DNA of 64,000 nucleotides from an uncultured Actinomycetes bacterium (lineage in GTDB: Bacteria > Actinomycetota > UBA4738 > HRBIN12). Location of the stretch: NCBI GenBank assembly GCA_963704725.1, contig OY969934.1:1056001-1120000 (forward strand), read 5' to 3'. The translations under genes and the position numbers were made by a program. Under the pieces are notes generated by a model that ran no database searches, was not told where the DNA came from, and was given only the letters and a program-made list of their open reading frames with translations. Shown here piece after piece: positions 1 to 9,654 of the stretch (its first letter is position 1; each line of letters starts with the position of its first letter).

Positions 1-67
1 GAGGAGCTTGACGCATCGCGCCCCCGCGGGATAGGACCGATGCCTGGCGACGACGGAAGGAGCGGTC

Positions 68-448
68 ATGGCCACGGACCTGTCGATCTCGGTCGGCGAC
101 GAGCCCGGTGGACTCGCGGGTGCGGCGGAGGCGCTGGGCGCCGCGGGGGTGAACATCGAGGGCCTCGCGGGGCTCGGCGGCGGAGGCACGGGGCACATCC
201 ACCTGCTCGTCGAGGACGCGGTCGCCGCCCGCGGTGCGCTGGAGGGCGCGGGGTTCTCGGTCGACGGCGAGCGCGAGGCGGTGGTGCTCGACGTCTCCGG
301 TGAGGATCGCCCGGGCAAGCTCGGCGAGCTGGCGCGGGCCGCGGCGGACGCCGGCGTCAACCTCACGGCGTGCTACGCCGCGACGAGGTCGCGCGTGGTG
401 TTCGTGGCCGACGACGCCGCCGCGCTCCGCTCGGCGCTCGGCGCTTAG
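68..448 (+). CDS. ACT-domain protein (tandem ACT)
   Basis: Two D-x-PG-x-L...GVN(I/L) ACT signatures; AAGGAG SD before ATG. Confidence 0.75.
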   Translation: MATDLSISVGDEPGGLAGAAEALGAAGVNIEGLAGLGGGGTGHIHLLVEDAVAARGALEGAGFSVDGEREAVVLDVSGEDRPGKLGELARAAADAGVNLTACYAATRSRVVFVADDAAALRSALGA

Positions 449-1779
449 GGCCCGGACCGGTAGGCGCGGTCCAGGAGTTCGATGGGGTGGACGACGTCCA
501 CCCGTGAGCCGAGCTCGCGGAGCCCGGACGCGATCTGCATCGTGCACCCGGGGTTGGCGCTCGCCACGGTCGTGACGCCGGTCGCGAGCACAGCCTCGGC
601 CTTCGAGCTCCGAAGGCGCGAGGACGTCTCGGGCTCGAGCACGTTGTAGAGGCCGGCCGCGCCGCAGCACACGTCGCCGCCCTCCAGGTCGACCACCTCG
701 AGCCCGGGGATCGACCGGAGGACGGCCCGCGGCTGCTCCCGGATGTGCTGCGCCCGGAGCGCGTGGCACGCGTCGTGGTACGCGACGCGTTCGATCCCAG
801 CTCCCGAGGAGGGTGGTTCGACGCCCTGCTCGGCCAGGAACTCCATCACGTCGCGGATCTTGCCGCCGAACGCTCGGGCGTCGTCGGTCCCCAGGAGGTC
901 GCCGATGTCCTTCAGGTGGGCGCCGCAGCCGGCCGCGTTCACGACCACGACGTCGGCGTCCGCGAACGCCCTCCGGTTGCGCTCGGCGAGCCGGGCCGCC
1001 GTGTCGAGGTGGCCGTAGTGCGCGCTCAGCGCGCCGCAGCAGACCTGGGTCCGGGGGACGGTGACCCGCCAGCCGTTGCGCGCCAGGACCCGGATCGTGG
1101 CGCGGTTCACCTCGCGGTACCAGCGATCCTGGACGCAACCGGAGAGCAGGGCGACCGTGCCCCTGGCCTCGCCCTGGGGCTCCGTCACCCGGGGGAGCCG
1201 CCGGAACAGCTCCGACCGCTTGGGGACCAGCCGCCGTACGCGCTTCGGCATGAACGCCACGCCGATCGGCTGGAGCGTGGCCGCCAGCCAGAGCAGCTTC
1301 TTCCGGGGCAGCGCGAGGTCGAGCCCCAGGCGCCGGATCACGCGGGCGCGACCCGTCCGCAGCGGCTCGGTCTGAACGCGGGCGCGCTCCATCATCCGGC
1401 CGAACGGCACGTGGCTGGGGCACACGTCCTCGCACGCCCGGCAGGACAGGCAGAGATCCATGAACCCGGAGAACGTGGCGTCCACCTCGGCCACGCCCTC
1501 GTGCACGGAGCGCATCGCGGCGATGCGCCCTCGCGGCGAGGCCGACTCCTCGCCGGTCAACCGGTACGTCGGACAGTGGGGGAGGCAGAGGCCGCACGCC
1601 ACGCAGCTCGAGAGGTCGGCGTCGGTCGGAGCCTGCCCCGGGATCGGCCATCGGGGCTCGGCGCCGGGCAGGGGTCCGACGAACCGCGCTCCCTCCGGCA
1701 GCTCGCCGCCGATCGGCGGCTCGGCGTCCCCCTCGCGACGGTCGGTGAGCACGCCCGGCATCCTCTCACCCTCGCGCAT
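445..1779 (-). CDS. glcF: Fe-S oxidoreductase, glycolate oxidase iron-sulfur subunit GlcF-like
   Basis: CVACGLCLPHCP and CLSCRACEDVCP 4Fe-4S motifs, two CCG domains, HDACH; start uncertain. Confidence 0.85.
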   Translation of the reverse strand: MREGERMPGVLTDRREGDAEPPIGGELPEGARFVGPLPGAEPRWPIPGQAPTDADLSSCVACGLCLPHCPTYRLTGEESASPRGRIAAMRSVHEGVAEVDATFSGFMDLCLSCRACEDVCPSHVPFGRMMERARVQTEPLRTGRARVIRRLGLDLALPRKKLLWLAATLQPIGVAFMPKRVRRLVPKRSELFRRLPRVTEPQGEARGTVALLSGCVQDRWYREVNRATIRVLARNGWRVTVPRTQVCCGALSAHYGHLDTAARLAERNRRAFADADVVVVNAAGCGAHLKDIGDLLGTDDARAFGGKIRDVMEFLAEQGVEPPSSGAGIERVAYHDACHALRAQHIREQPRAVLRSIPGLEVVDLEGGDVCCGAAGLYNVLEPETSSRLRSSKAEAVLATGVTTVASANPGCTMQIASGLRELGSRVDVVHPIELLDRAYRSGP

Positions 1780-1808
1780 CGTGGGCGGGAGCCCCGAACC
1801 CGCACCGC

Positions 1809-1826
1809 TATCATCGCGCGATCGTG
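1809..1826 (+). promoter_or_regulatory. Putative -10 element (TATCAT) of a leaderless or near-leaderless aminotransferase transcript
   Basis: TATCAT shortly before GTG with no SD; the same arrangement recurs at ~12557-12574. Confidence 0.5.
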
Positions 1827-2219
1827 ATCGAGCCCAGGATCTCGGCCAAGGCCGGCTCCTTCACCGAGTCGGTGATCCGCGGGATGACGCGGCTCGCGAC
1901 CCTGCACGGCGCGATCAACCTGGGGCAGGGGTTCCCCGACTTCCCGGCGCCGAGCGAGGTGAAGGAGGCCGCCCGGCGCGCCATCGCCGAGGACCACAAC
2001 CAGTACCCGATCACCTGGGGCACCGCGGAGCTGCGGACCGCGATCGCCGGGCACTACGAGCGGTGGTACGGGATGCACCTCGACCCCGAGACCGAGGTCT
2101 GCGTCACGTGCGGCTCGACCGAGGCGATGATCGTCTCCATGCTGGCGACGCTCGATCCCGGCGACGAGATCGTGCTCTTCGAGCCGTTCTACGAGTACAA
2201 GGTGCGTTTCCTGCGATAG
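1824..2219 (+). pseudogene. Native 5' fragment of a class I/II PLP aminotransferase (YbdL/DapC-like), truncated at attL
   Basis: AINLGQGFPD and HNQY motifs; similarity stops after FEPFYE and a stop follows 7 codons later; the remainder resumes at 12943. Confidence 0.9.
2190..2195 (+). repeat. attL core TACGAG
   Basis: Host codons TAC GAG are followed by non-host sequence TACAAGGT. Confidence 0.8.
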
Positions 2220-2250
2220 GCTGTCCTCCTCAGGCGAGAGGAGGCCAAGC

Positions 2251-3537
2251 ATGAGGGTAGCGATCTACCTGCGGATCTCGAACGACCCGTCTGGCAAGGC
2301 GGCCGGGGTCCGGCGTCAGGAGGATGAGTGCCGGGCGCTCGCGAACGCTCGCGGCTGGGACGTGGCCGAGGTCTTCACCGACAACGACGTTCGCGCGACC
2401 GCCCGGAAGCGCCCCGGCTTCGACGCGCTCATGGCGGCGATCAGGGATGGCCGAGTGGACGCCGTCGTGGCGTGGAAGGATGACCGGCTCCTGCGCGGCG
2501 GTCGGTCTCGGTGGGCACACGACTTCCTCGCGCTGATCCGCGAGCGGCGGACGTCCGTCGTCTTCGTGAACGGAGACGCTTGGGACTTCTCAACCGCGGG
2601 CGGTCGGATGCTCGTCGAGGTCCGCCTCGCGGTCGCCGGGTACGAGGTCGAGGTCGCGGGTGAGCGGCAGGAGGCGCGCTGGCGCCAGCGGAAGGCGGAC
2701 GGCAAGCTGGTCACGCTCGGGCGTCGACCCTTCGGACTCGAGCGCAGGGGCGACCGGATGGTCGAGGTCAGGCGAGAGGCCAACGCGATCCGTCGTGCCG
2801 CCCGCGACCTGATCGCCGGGCACAGCCTCTACGCCGTGACGAAGGCGATCGGGATGCCGACCCCGTACGGCCGGGAGTGGCACCCGCAGAACGTCCGCCG
2901 GATGATCACGAGCGACCACCTCGTCACGTGGGGCATCCTCGACGAGGACACGTTCAAGCTCGTCGTCGCCAGGCTCGCGGTCCAGCCACCGCGCGGGCCG
3001 GGACGCCCTCGTCGCAAGTACGCGCTTGGCGGGCTCGTCTACTGCGGCGTGTGCGGCGAGAAGATGTCGGCAGGGTCAGGGAGCTTCACCTGCCAGAACA
3101 TCCGGTGCGCCAAGGTCGGCATCAAGTCGGACCGGCTCGATCAGTTCGTCTTCGAGCAGCTAGCGGGGCGGCTGCCCGACGACCCCGAGCCGACCCCCGA
3201 GCCGACCCCGGACCAGAGCGCGACCCTGCGGGAGCTCACCGAGGTCGAGGACCGGATCACGGCGCTCGCGGAGAACCTCGACCTCTCGGAGGCCGTGCTC
3301 GCCAAGCGTGTGGGTGCGCTGGAGGCCAGGCGAGGCGAGCTCATGGAGCTGCTCGGCCGGTCCCCCGAGTGGACGCCCCCGCAGTTCTTCCGTCAGTGGG
3401 CCGAGGCAGGGTTCCCGCCCCTCGACGAGACGGACCGCGAGACGCTCGGCGAGCTGATCGAGCGCGTCACGGTCAGGCCTGCCCCCCGGGGTCGCTGGAC
3501 CCCGACGGGCGAGCGGGTCGAGATCACCTGGCGCTGA
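2251..3537 (+). CDS. Large serine recombinase (integrase)
   Basis: YLRIS catalytic motif, DRLLR, PFG recombinase domain, Zn ribbon CGVCG...CQNIRC, coiled coil; GAGGAGG SD. Confidence 0.95.
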   Translation: MRVAIYLRISNDPSGKAAGVRRQEDECRALANARGWDVAEVFTDNDVRATARKRPGFDALMAAIRDGRVDAVVAWKDDRLLRGGRSRWAHDFLALIRERRTSVVFVNGDAWDFSTAGGRMLVEVRLAVAGYEVEVAGERQEARWRQRKADGKLVTLGRRPFGLERRGDRMVEVRREANAIRRAARDLIAGHSLYAVTKAIGMPTPYGREWHPQNVRRMITSDHLVTWGILDEDTFKLVVARLAVQPPRGPGRPRRKYALGGLVYCGVCGEKMSAGSGSFTCQNIRCAKVGIKSDRLDQFVFEQLAGRLPDDPEPTPEPTPDQSATLRELTEVEDRITALAENLDLSEAVLAKRVGALEARRGELMELLGRSPEWTPPQFFRQWAEAGFPPLDETDRETLGELIERVTVRPAPRGRWTPTGERVEITWR

Positions 3538-3800
3538 CAGCGTCTACGGGTGAGGACCCCCCGTCCGAGGCAATCACGCCATGTTCCGTTCTCCGGCGAT
3601 TAGACGGCAGATACGCCGTTCTATCGGCCTGACCTAGGCACGCGTTCTCGAACGGTCGGGTTTCGCCGAGGCAGAACCGCTCCGAGCCCGTGGATCCTCT
3701 CTGACCTGCTGAAACGCCATAGGACGGCAAGCGATCTCGGCGATATGTTCCTCCCGGCCGCAACTCACAGGGGTTGCGCCAGGACGGAGAGGAGGGCGAG

Positions 3801-4034
3801 ATGCCCTGGACCGAGCTGGAGAAGCCGGACAAGTGCCCACGCTGCGGGAAGAAGCGGGTCGCCGTCTACTCGACGCCCGCCCTCCCCGACAAGGTGCACC
3901 CGATCTGCCGGGTCTGCGACGCGGAGACGCGGGCCGCCCGGAAGGCCGCGAAGCCTACGCCGAAGCCGAAGCCGGCTGCCCGGAAAGCCCCGGCCGCCAA
4001 GCGCAGTCGCTCGACCAAGGGCGCGGCCGCCTAA
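3801..4034 (+). CDS. Small Zn-ribbon protein with Lys/Ala/Pro-rich tail
   Basis: CPRCG...CRVC; KPKPAARKAPAAKR tail; GGAGAGGAGG SD. Confidence 0.65.
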   Translation: MPWTELEKPDKCPRCGKKRVAVYSTPALPDKVHPICRVCDAETRAARKAAKPTPKPKPAARKAPAAKRSRSTKGAAA

Positions 4035-4054
4035 CTCACATCACAGCAGCGACC

Positions 4055-4088
4055 ACGAGGAGCCCGGCCTAATGGTCGGGCTTCTCGT
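4055..4088. terminator. Hairpin between convergent genes
   Basis: ACGAGGAGCCCGGCC-TAAT-GGTCGGGCTTCTCGT. Confidence 0.6.
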
Positions 4089-4132
4089 CATGAGACGGGG
4101 CCTCGGCCCTTGGGCACGCCGGAATGCCGGTA

Positions 4133-4525
4133 CTAGCTGTGCGGCGTTCGATGCCGCCCAAGATAGACGGCGATCCCGGCTGAACCACTGGGGAGCCGGC
4201 CGCCTTCCACGTACTCCATGAACTCAGTCGACGAGATGTCGAGGTCGTACCCGTTGAGCCGATAGAAGGCATACAGAGCGAGAACCGCCGTTTGCTTGTT
4301 CATCCGAGCAAACGGCTGCTTCTCGAGCAGGGAGTCGAGGAGGACGGCGCCCCGTTCGTCGACGGAATCCGGGTAGAACTCAACCTTCCCCTGGTGCCGT
4401 TCGACGGCTGCAACGAGCTGCTTCCAGTCGAGCCCGCCCATACCCGCATCGGGATCGCCGACGGACCGATCGCCGGTCAGCGCGCGGTTCTGCCGAACGA
4501 GGTCAGAGGTCTGGATGTATTGCAC
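4133..4525 (-). CDS. Doc/Fic-family protein with degenerate active-site motif
   Basis: QPFARMNKQTA...FYRLNGYDL aligns with Doc HPFxDGNKRTA...FLxxNG. Confidence 0.75.
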   Translation of the reverse strand: MQYIQTSDLVRQNRALTGDRSVGDPDAGMGGLDWKQLVAAVERHQGKVEFYPDSVDERGAVLLDSLLEKQPFARMNKQTAVLALYAFYRLNGYDLDISSTEFMEYVEGGRLPSGSAGIAVYLGRHRTPHS

Positions 4526-4569
4526 GGCGAAACCTTCTACCGTGCAGGCTTCGTCGTGGCAAGTTCGGG

Positions 4570-4842
4570 TTAGGGCGACAGCTTGTCGAGCAAGGCGTGG
4601 AAACGATCCTTGCCCTCGTCGAAGAACCTATCCACCTCTGCCCGGTGGGACTCAGCGGACACGAAGTCGATCAACGCCGCTGTAACAACGGCGTTCGCGC
4701 TCATGTCCAGGGCTCGGGCGCAGGCGTTCACGGCATCCCAGAGGTCCCCTGGGACCCGGATCGACGTGTGAGCAATCACGCCGCCCGTCTGGGCAGCCAG
4801 CGCCTCAGCGAGGTCTGTGAGCTTCTCCGCTCTTGCGGCCAT
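4570..4842 (-). CDS. Ribbon-helix-helix antitoxin-like protein
   Basis: TSIRVPGDLWDAV...MSANAVVTAAL RHH pattern; AGGAGG SD; directly upstream of doc. Confidence 0.7.
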   Translation of the reverse strand: MAARAEKLTDLAEALAAQTGGVIAHTSIRVPGDLWDAVNACARALDMSANAVVTAALIDFVSAESHRAEVDRFFDEGKDRFHALLDKLSP

Positions 4843-5147
4843 TTCGCACCTCCTGTCCGGGTGACACCATGGCACCATGATGCCCAAACGTCAATGGTTT
4901 CAATCGGCCGGGAGCCGCCCCAGCTTGAGGCTGTTACGCTCTACGAGCGTAACCAGCACCAAATCCCCAGGTCAGAGGCAATGTCAGACCCGGCGAGTAC
5001 GCTCCGGGGCGCGGCCTCCCGACCGATCAAAGCAGGGCGCCCCGGAGCGTACTCGCCGGGTGACGGCGCGGGCTCTTAAGTTCATCCGACCATTCGGATA
5101 CGGCACCAAGGTAGTCCGGACTCGGCTCTCAACCCCTGGCGCAACAC

Positions 5148-6003
5148 TTGGCACAGGGGGGAACCGTCGGTCTGGCCGTCTACGATCTCGGCATGGGATT
5201 CCCGTCGCCTCCCCCGAACCTGGATCCAATTCTCGCGAGGCTGGACGCCCTGGCCAAACCGCATCCCGACCTGGAGCCCGAGCAGGAGGAGCTGCTGGCG
5301 GGAATAGTCGAGGACGATGCAGGGCCCCGCGGGATCGGCGTCACCCGTTCATCCTGGTGACGACGTTCGACGGCACCTCGCTCATTGGGCCGACCTCCGA
5401 AATCACCTCTGTTGTTCCGGCAGACCTGCATGCTCTCCAGGACGAAGGGCTCCTTCGCGGCAGCATCAGCCTCGACGGCTCGGAGACGTTCGAGATCACG
5501 ACGACGGCCGCGCCCACTACGCCTGGATGAAGGAGCGGGACGGCGAGCCCGGCTCGGATTGAAGCGGAGATCCGACATCTGATCGAGAGTCCGGGCTTTC
5601 AGGCACGGCACGTGGGCGCCTTCGCCCGGTGGAGAGAGGCCGAGGCCGCGCTGTGGAGCGCCGAATCGGTAGCCGAGTTCACGACATTGGCCACACCTGC
5701 CGCGAGGCAGTCCAGCTGTTCATCACCGACCTCGTCGAGCGGCACCGGCCCGCCGCCATCGAGCCCGATCCGCAGAAGACGGTTGCCCGCTTGAAGACGA
5801 TCCTGGCAACGGTCGATCTCCCCACCGCGGTCGCCGCGTTCCTGAGTGCGCTCCTCGCGTACTTCGGCACGGTGAACGACCTCGTGCAGCGCCAGGAGCA
5901 CGGGGCGCAGAAACAGGGCGACCCGCTCACGTGGGAGGACGCGCGACGCGTCGTCTTCCACTGTGGGCTCGTGATGTACGAACTCGACCGGGCGCTCGTG
6001 TAG
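5148..6003 (+). pseudogene. Multiply frameshifted ORF with a helical, possibly HEPN/Abi-C-like C-terminal domain
   Basis: Protein-like segments in alternating frames join into one ~270-aa product ending IGHTCREA...VQRQEHG...EDARRVVF. Confidence 0.5.
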
Positions 6004-6005
6004 CG

Positions 6006-6722
6006 ATGTGGGACCCGCCCGCGATCCCGACCCAAGACCGGGTCGAGGTCGTCGACGAGACCCTCAACCACCTATGCGGCTGGTGCGGACAGTCGGCGTG
6101 GTTCCGGCTCCGCGCGGCGGCGTGGGCCGGGTTCCACTCCATCCCGACGGGTCGCGGACTTGACTACTTCCCCCGACTCGCCGCCATCTACCAGTGCGGC
6201 GGCTGCCAGAACGCAAGCCTCCTGGTCTGGATCACCTACGCGTCAAGCTCCCGTGCTGGCCGGAGGCTCGGTCGCCTGGAGCACACCTGGCCCTCCGGTC
6301 GCGCGCTGGAGATGGAGGACTTGCCCCACGCCGAGGTGCAGGCCGACCGCCTGGAGGCGTGGAACTGCTTCCTCCAAGACCAGCACCGGGCCGCGGTCCT
6401 GATGGCGCGCTCCGCGCTCCAGCGCGCAGTGCGTGCCCTGCTCGCCCACGAGGACGGCACCGTGGACGAGGCAGATAAGGGAACGCTGTTCAGTGAGCTG
6501 AACCTCCTAGTGGAGCGGGCTGTGATAACGGCACAGCTCCGGGCGAACGCGGACGAAGTGCGCATCTCCGGGAACGACGCCGCCCACCCTGAGGAGCTCG
6601 GTGCCGTGTCTCGCGAGGATGCGGAGGACAGCCTCAGATTCCTCGACGACTTCCTCGAGACAACGATGGCCGTTCCCGCGCGCCAGCGCGCCAGACGCGA
6701 ACGTCGCGAGTCCGAGAAGTAG
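6006..6722 (+). CDS. DUF4145-like (HEPN-type) protein with N-terminal Zn ribbon
   Basis: CGWC...CGGC; AAVLMARSALQ; RISGNDAAH (Rx4-6H). Confidence 0.85.
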   Translation: MWDPPAIPTQDRVEVVDETLNHLCGWCGQSAWFRLRAAAWAGFHSIPTGRGLDYFPRLAAIYQCGGCQNASLLVWITYASSSRAGRRLGRLEHTWPSGRALEMEDLPHAEVQADRLEAWNCFLQDQHRAAVLMARSALQRAVRALLAHEDGTVDEADKGTLFSELNLLVERAVITAQLRANADEVRISGNDAAHPEELGAVSREDAEDSLRFLDDFLETTMAVPARQRARRERRESEK

Positions 6723-6730
6723 ATCGGGGA

Positions 6731-7660
6731 TCAGACTCGCCCGTAGCGGTCGAGCGCGTCTCGACGGTTAGCCTCGTCGACCCGCTCGCGCTCCTCGGCC
6801 TCGGCCGCGCGCTCCGCGTCACGCCCCCGCATCGCCTCGACCTCTCGGGCGTATCGCTCTCCGTCCTCCGCGAGCTCCTCCGCGAGTGACGGGCCGTTCG
6901 CCATGCGAGCCGCGCGGTCGGAGTTGATCCGGGCGAGCTCGCGCAGGTGCTCCCGCCCCTCGCGCTCGGCACGGACCTCCCGGACGAGCTGCTCGCGCGC
7001 CTCCTCGATCTGCTTCTGCCGCCTCTCGTCGGGAGTCGGTGGGACGGCGTCGGCGATGAGCCGCTTGTAACGATCGAGGTCGCTCTCCGACTTGATGTCG
7101 ACGAGTTGGGTGAACCGGTTGGCACCGGCATAGACGACCGACACCTCTAGGAGCTCCACTTCATCCAGCCAGGTGGCGGCCTTGTCTCCTCCGCCGTATG
7201 GGCCAACGTGTTCCTCGACCACGGCGTATCCGATCGAGAACTCCCGAATGATGTCCTTGAGCAGAAGCTCGTAGACAGTCATCGCCTGCGTACTCGTGTC
7301 GAGCTCCAGTCGGCCTTCGATGACGAGCCCCTTCGCAGAGACAGTGGCCGCGGTGACCCCTCCGATGGCGGCTGTGGCGTCGATACGGTCGTGGGCATAG
7401 AAGAGAGGCCACAAGTACTGCCCCTGCCGTCCTGAGCGCTTGCCGTACGCCTCTCTGATCGTCCTGTCGTAGGCGCCGGGCGAGATGATGTCTCCCTGGG
7501 AGTCTGGCGGTGGACCGAACGTGCTAACGATCGCGGTAAAGACCCCGCGACCGTCCGACGGGCTCTTCGTGACGGTGGCGCGGGCGACCTTCACGCGGTG
7601 GTCGGGGGGACCGAGCGCCCGGATCACGTCTGCCAGGTCACTGGCGGTTTGTCGGTTCAT
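6731..7660 (-). CDS. HK97-family prohead protease with C-terminal charged coiled coil
   Basis: DSQGDIISPGAY, LFYAHD, FSIGY and LLEVSVV..GAN motifs. Confidence 0.85.
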   Translation of the reverse strand: MNRQTASDLADVIRALGPPDHRVKVARATVTKSPSDGRGVFTAIVSTFGPPPDSQGDIISPGAYDRTIREAYGKRSGRQGQYLWPLFYAHDRIDATAAIGGVTAATVSAKGLVIEGRLELDTSTQAMTVYELLLKDIIREFSIGYAVVEEHVGPYGGGDKAATWLDEVELLEVSVVYAGANRFTQLVDIKSESDLDRYKRLIADAVPPTPDERRQKQIEEAREQLVREVRAEREGREHLRELARINSDRAARMANGPSLAEELAEDGERYAREVEAMRGRDAERAAEAEERERVDEANRRDALDRYGRV

Positions 7661-7937
7661 CCTTCTGCACTCCTTCGATCTCGTTGACCTCGGCGATCAG
7701 CTCTGCGTCGATCCCGTCGACCGAGGTGATCGCGGCGTCCCTGATGACGACGCGGTGGCTCTGATCCAGCAGTTCAAGCAGGGTGAGTCGCAGCATGTCG
7801 GTCTGGCTCTGCAGATCTCTCCCCGCCCTCACGCCATACTTCTGCCGAAACGCCGCGACGTTCAGACGGCTCCACAGCTCCACCAGGTCGGCAGCGACCT
7901 CGGCCGCATCGAGGTACTTCTCCTCGGACTCGATCAT
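7638..7937 (-). CDS. Hypothetical element protein
   Basis: AAGGAG SD; overlaps neighbours in the minus-strand operon. Confidence 0.55.
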   Translation of the reverse strand: MIESEEKYLDAAEVAADLVELWSRLNVAAFRQKYGVRAGRDLQSQTDMLRLTLLELLDQSHRVVIRDAAITSVDGIDAELIAEVNEIEGVQKDEPTNRQ

Positions 7938-8110
7938 TCGTTCTCCTTCTTGCCGTCGTGCTCGTGCGGCTCCGGGCCGATCCAGTTCCTCGCAGCCTCG
8001 GAGTCAGGTCGGTCAGGAGGCACGTAGTGCTGGCACCCCACCCAACGGCCGTCCGAAAGCTGGCGCGGCGTCTGGGCCTCCTCGGGGCGCTCCCTCGGTC
8101 GAAACATCAC
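7934..8110 (-). CDS. Small hypothetical element protein
   Basis: Start and stop overlaps with flanking genes; AAGGAG SD. Confidence 0.4.
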   Translation of the reverse strand: MMFRPRERPEEAQTPRQLSDGRWVGCQHYVPPDRPDSEAARNWIGPEPHEHDGKKENE

Positions 8111-8433
8111 GCAGCTCCTTCTCTCTGTCGGTCCCATCGGGTGCGAGCGGCTCGCGCTGCCTTCTGCGACTTCGTCTCGCCCTTCGCCTCGGGGAACCCT
8201 CTGGCGATCAGGTCAGCCAGCAGCCGGCGGTGCTTCACCACGGCGTCCAGCGCGGGATTGCGAACGAGCTGACCGCGCGCACCCGGGATCACGGGCCCGT
8301 GCTCGTCGATCGCGGCCTCTAGCTGCGCGACCTCGTCGGCCGTCCGGCACATCAGGTCGAGGAGAGCTCGGCCATCGACCGTGTCCACCTCAAAGGCCGC
8401 CGTGATGGCAGCTCGTAGCTCGTCTCCTGTCAC
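8107..8433 (-). CDS. Phage terminase small subunit (P27-like)
   Basis: LEAAIDEHG...GARGQLVRNPAL...ARAARTRW, typical of actinophage TerS. Confidence 0.75.
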   Translation of the reverse strand: MTGDELRAAITAAFEVDTVDGRALLDLMCRTADEVAQLEAAIDEHGPVIPGARGQLVRNPALDAVVKHRRLLADLIARGFPEAKGETKSQKAARAARTRWDRQREGAA

Positions 8434-8979
8434 TGGTCTCTCTCCTTCTGCAAGCCGTTGCAGGTAGACTCACGCACCCTGCCGGGAGGGCTTGCTCTGC
8501 GCTGTGAGACGCCGATAGGCCGGCGTTCCCGAGGTGGGCACCCGCGTCGCTGGCTCTACGGCGCGTGCTCCCTTGCGGCTCCCCTCGGACAGGCCCCTCG
8601 GCCTGCCTAGGACGGCGAGAGTCGGCCCCACAGCCCGATCTCGTGCCTGCTCCGGTCGCTGTGCACCGATTCGCGCCGCACGCCGACCGCCGGAACAGGC
8701 GAAGCGTGTCCGGGCGCACGGCGACCCCGCGCTCGAAGCCCCCTCCCGCCCGCTGTCGCCGCTCTACCGGCGCGTGCTCCCGGGATCCGGCTTGCACCCC
8801 CGCGACGAGCCTCTCGTCTGCCTGGGTCGGCGGTGGCCCGCCTCCTCGGACATCTGCCTAGATCGGCGGTGAGCTGCTGGCTGGCAGGCTGGGCGGGCGA
8901 GTCCGGGGGCCTCTCGAACCGCTGACCCGGGCGGCGGCGGATCCATCTCGTCGTTGGACGAGATCGTGGGATTGCTCGA

Positions 8980-9519
8980 CTACTTAATGCTGCCGTTCCG
9001 GATGCGGAATCGACGCACGGCGAGCAGCTTGACGCCGGGAACTCCGGATCGAGTCAGCCAAGCGATGCGATACGGACCGTCGCTAAGCGGTTCATCCTCC
9101 TGTCCCCGCGATCGCTCCGGATAGAGGGCGTAGTAGTGCTCGTTCGGCACGTCGTTGGCTCTTACGGTTTGAGGCGGTCGGACTTGCAGCGGAACGGGCC
9201 GACCACGCCTATACGCGACTTCGCATCTCAGGCTGGAATCGATCTCATGGCCCGGTGGCGGAGTGAGTGTCAACATGACCCGGCTTCCGGGGAACTCCTT
9301 GGACCAGAAAGGCTTGGGTGCCTTCCAGCTGGGATCAGCTCGTCTCCAGTCGTCGAATCGCTGGGGCCAATCCGGTCGGACGGCAAAGCTGATCGCCACA
9401 ACGGCCAAGGCACCCGCCACGATGGCCCACGAGGGGCTCTTGTAGTCCGACAAGGCGATGGCGGCTGAGACCAGGATCCCGGTCAAGAGCGTGGCCCCCT
9501 GACGGATCTGGTCGCCCAT
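8980..9519 (-). CDS. Hypothetical protein with two N-terminal TM segments
   Basis: Two hydrophobic stretches then a soluble domain; atypical codon use. Confidence 0.55.
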   Translation of the reverse strand: MGDQIRQGATLLTGILVSAAIALSDYKSPSWAIVAGALAVVAISFAVRPDWPQRFDDWRRADPSWKAPKPFWSKEFPGSRVMLTLTPPPGHEIDSSLRCEVAYRRGRPVPLQVRPPQTVRANDVPNEHYYALYPERSRGQEDEPLSDGPYRIAWLTRSGVPGVKLLAVRRFRIRNGSIK

Positions 9520-9654
9520 GCCCGGAGCGTACGCCCATCGAGACCCAGGCAGACTGAGACACCGCCCGGCGCTCGCCGGGATGTCATGTCGGCTACAATG
9601 CCCGAGCCGAGGGCCTCATCTAGCACGAGGTCCGCTACCAAAAGGGGCGTCAAC

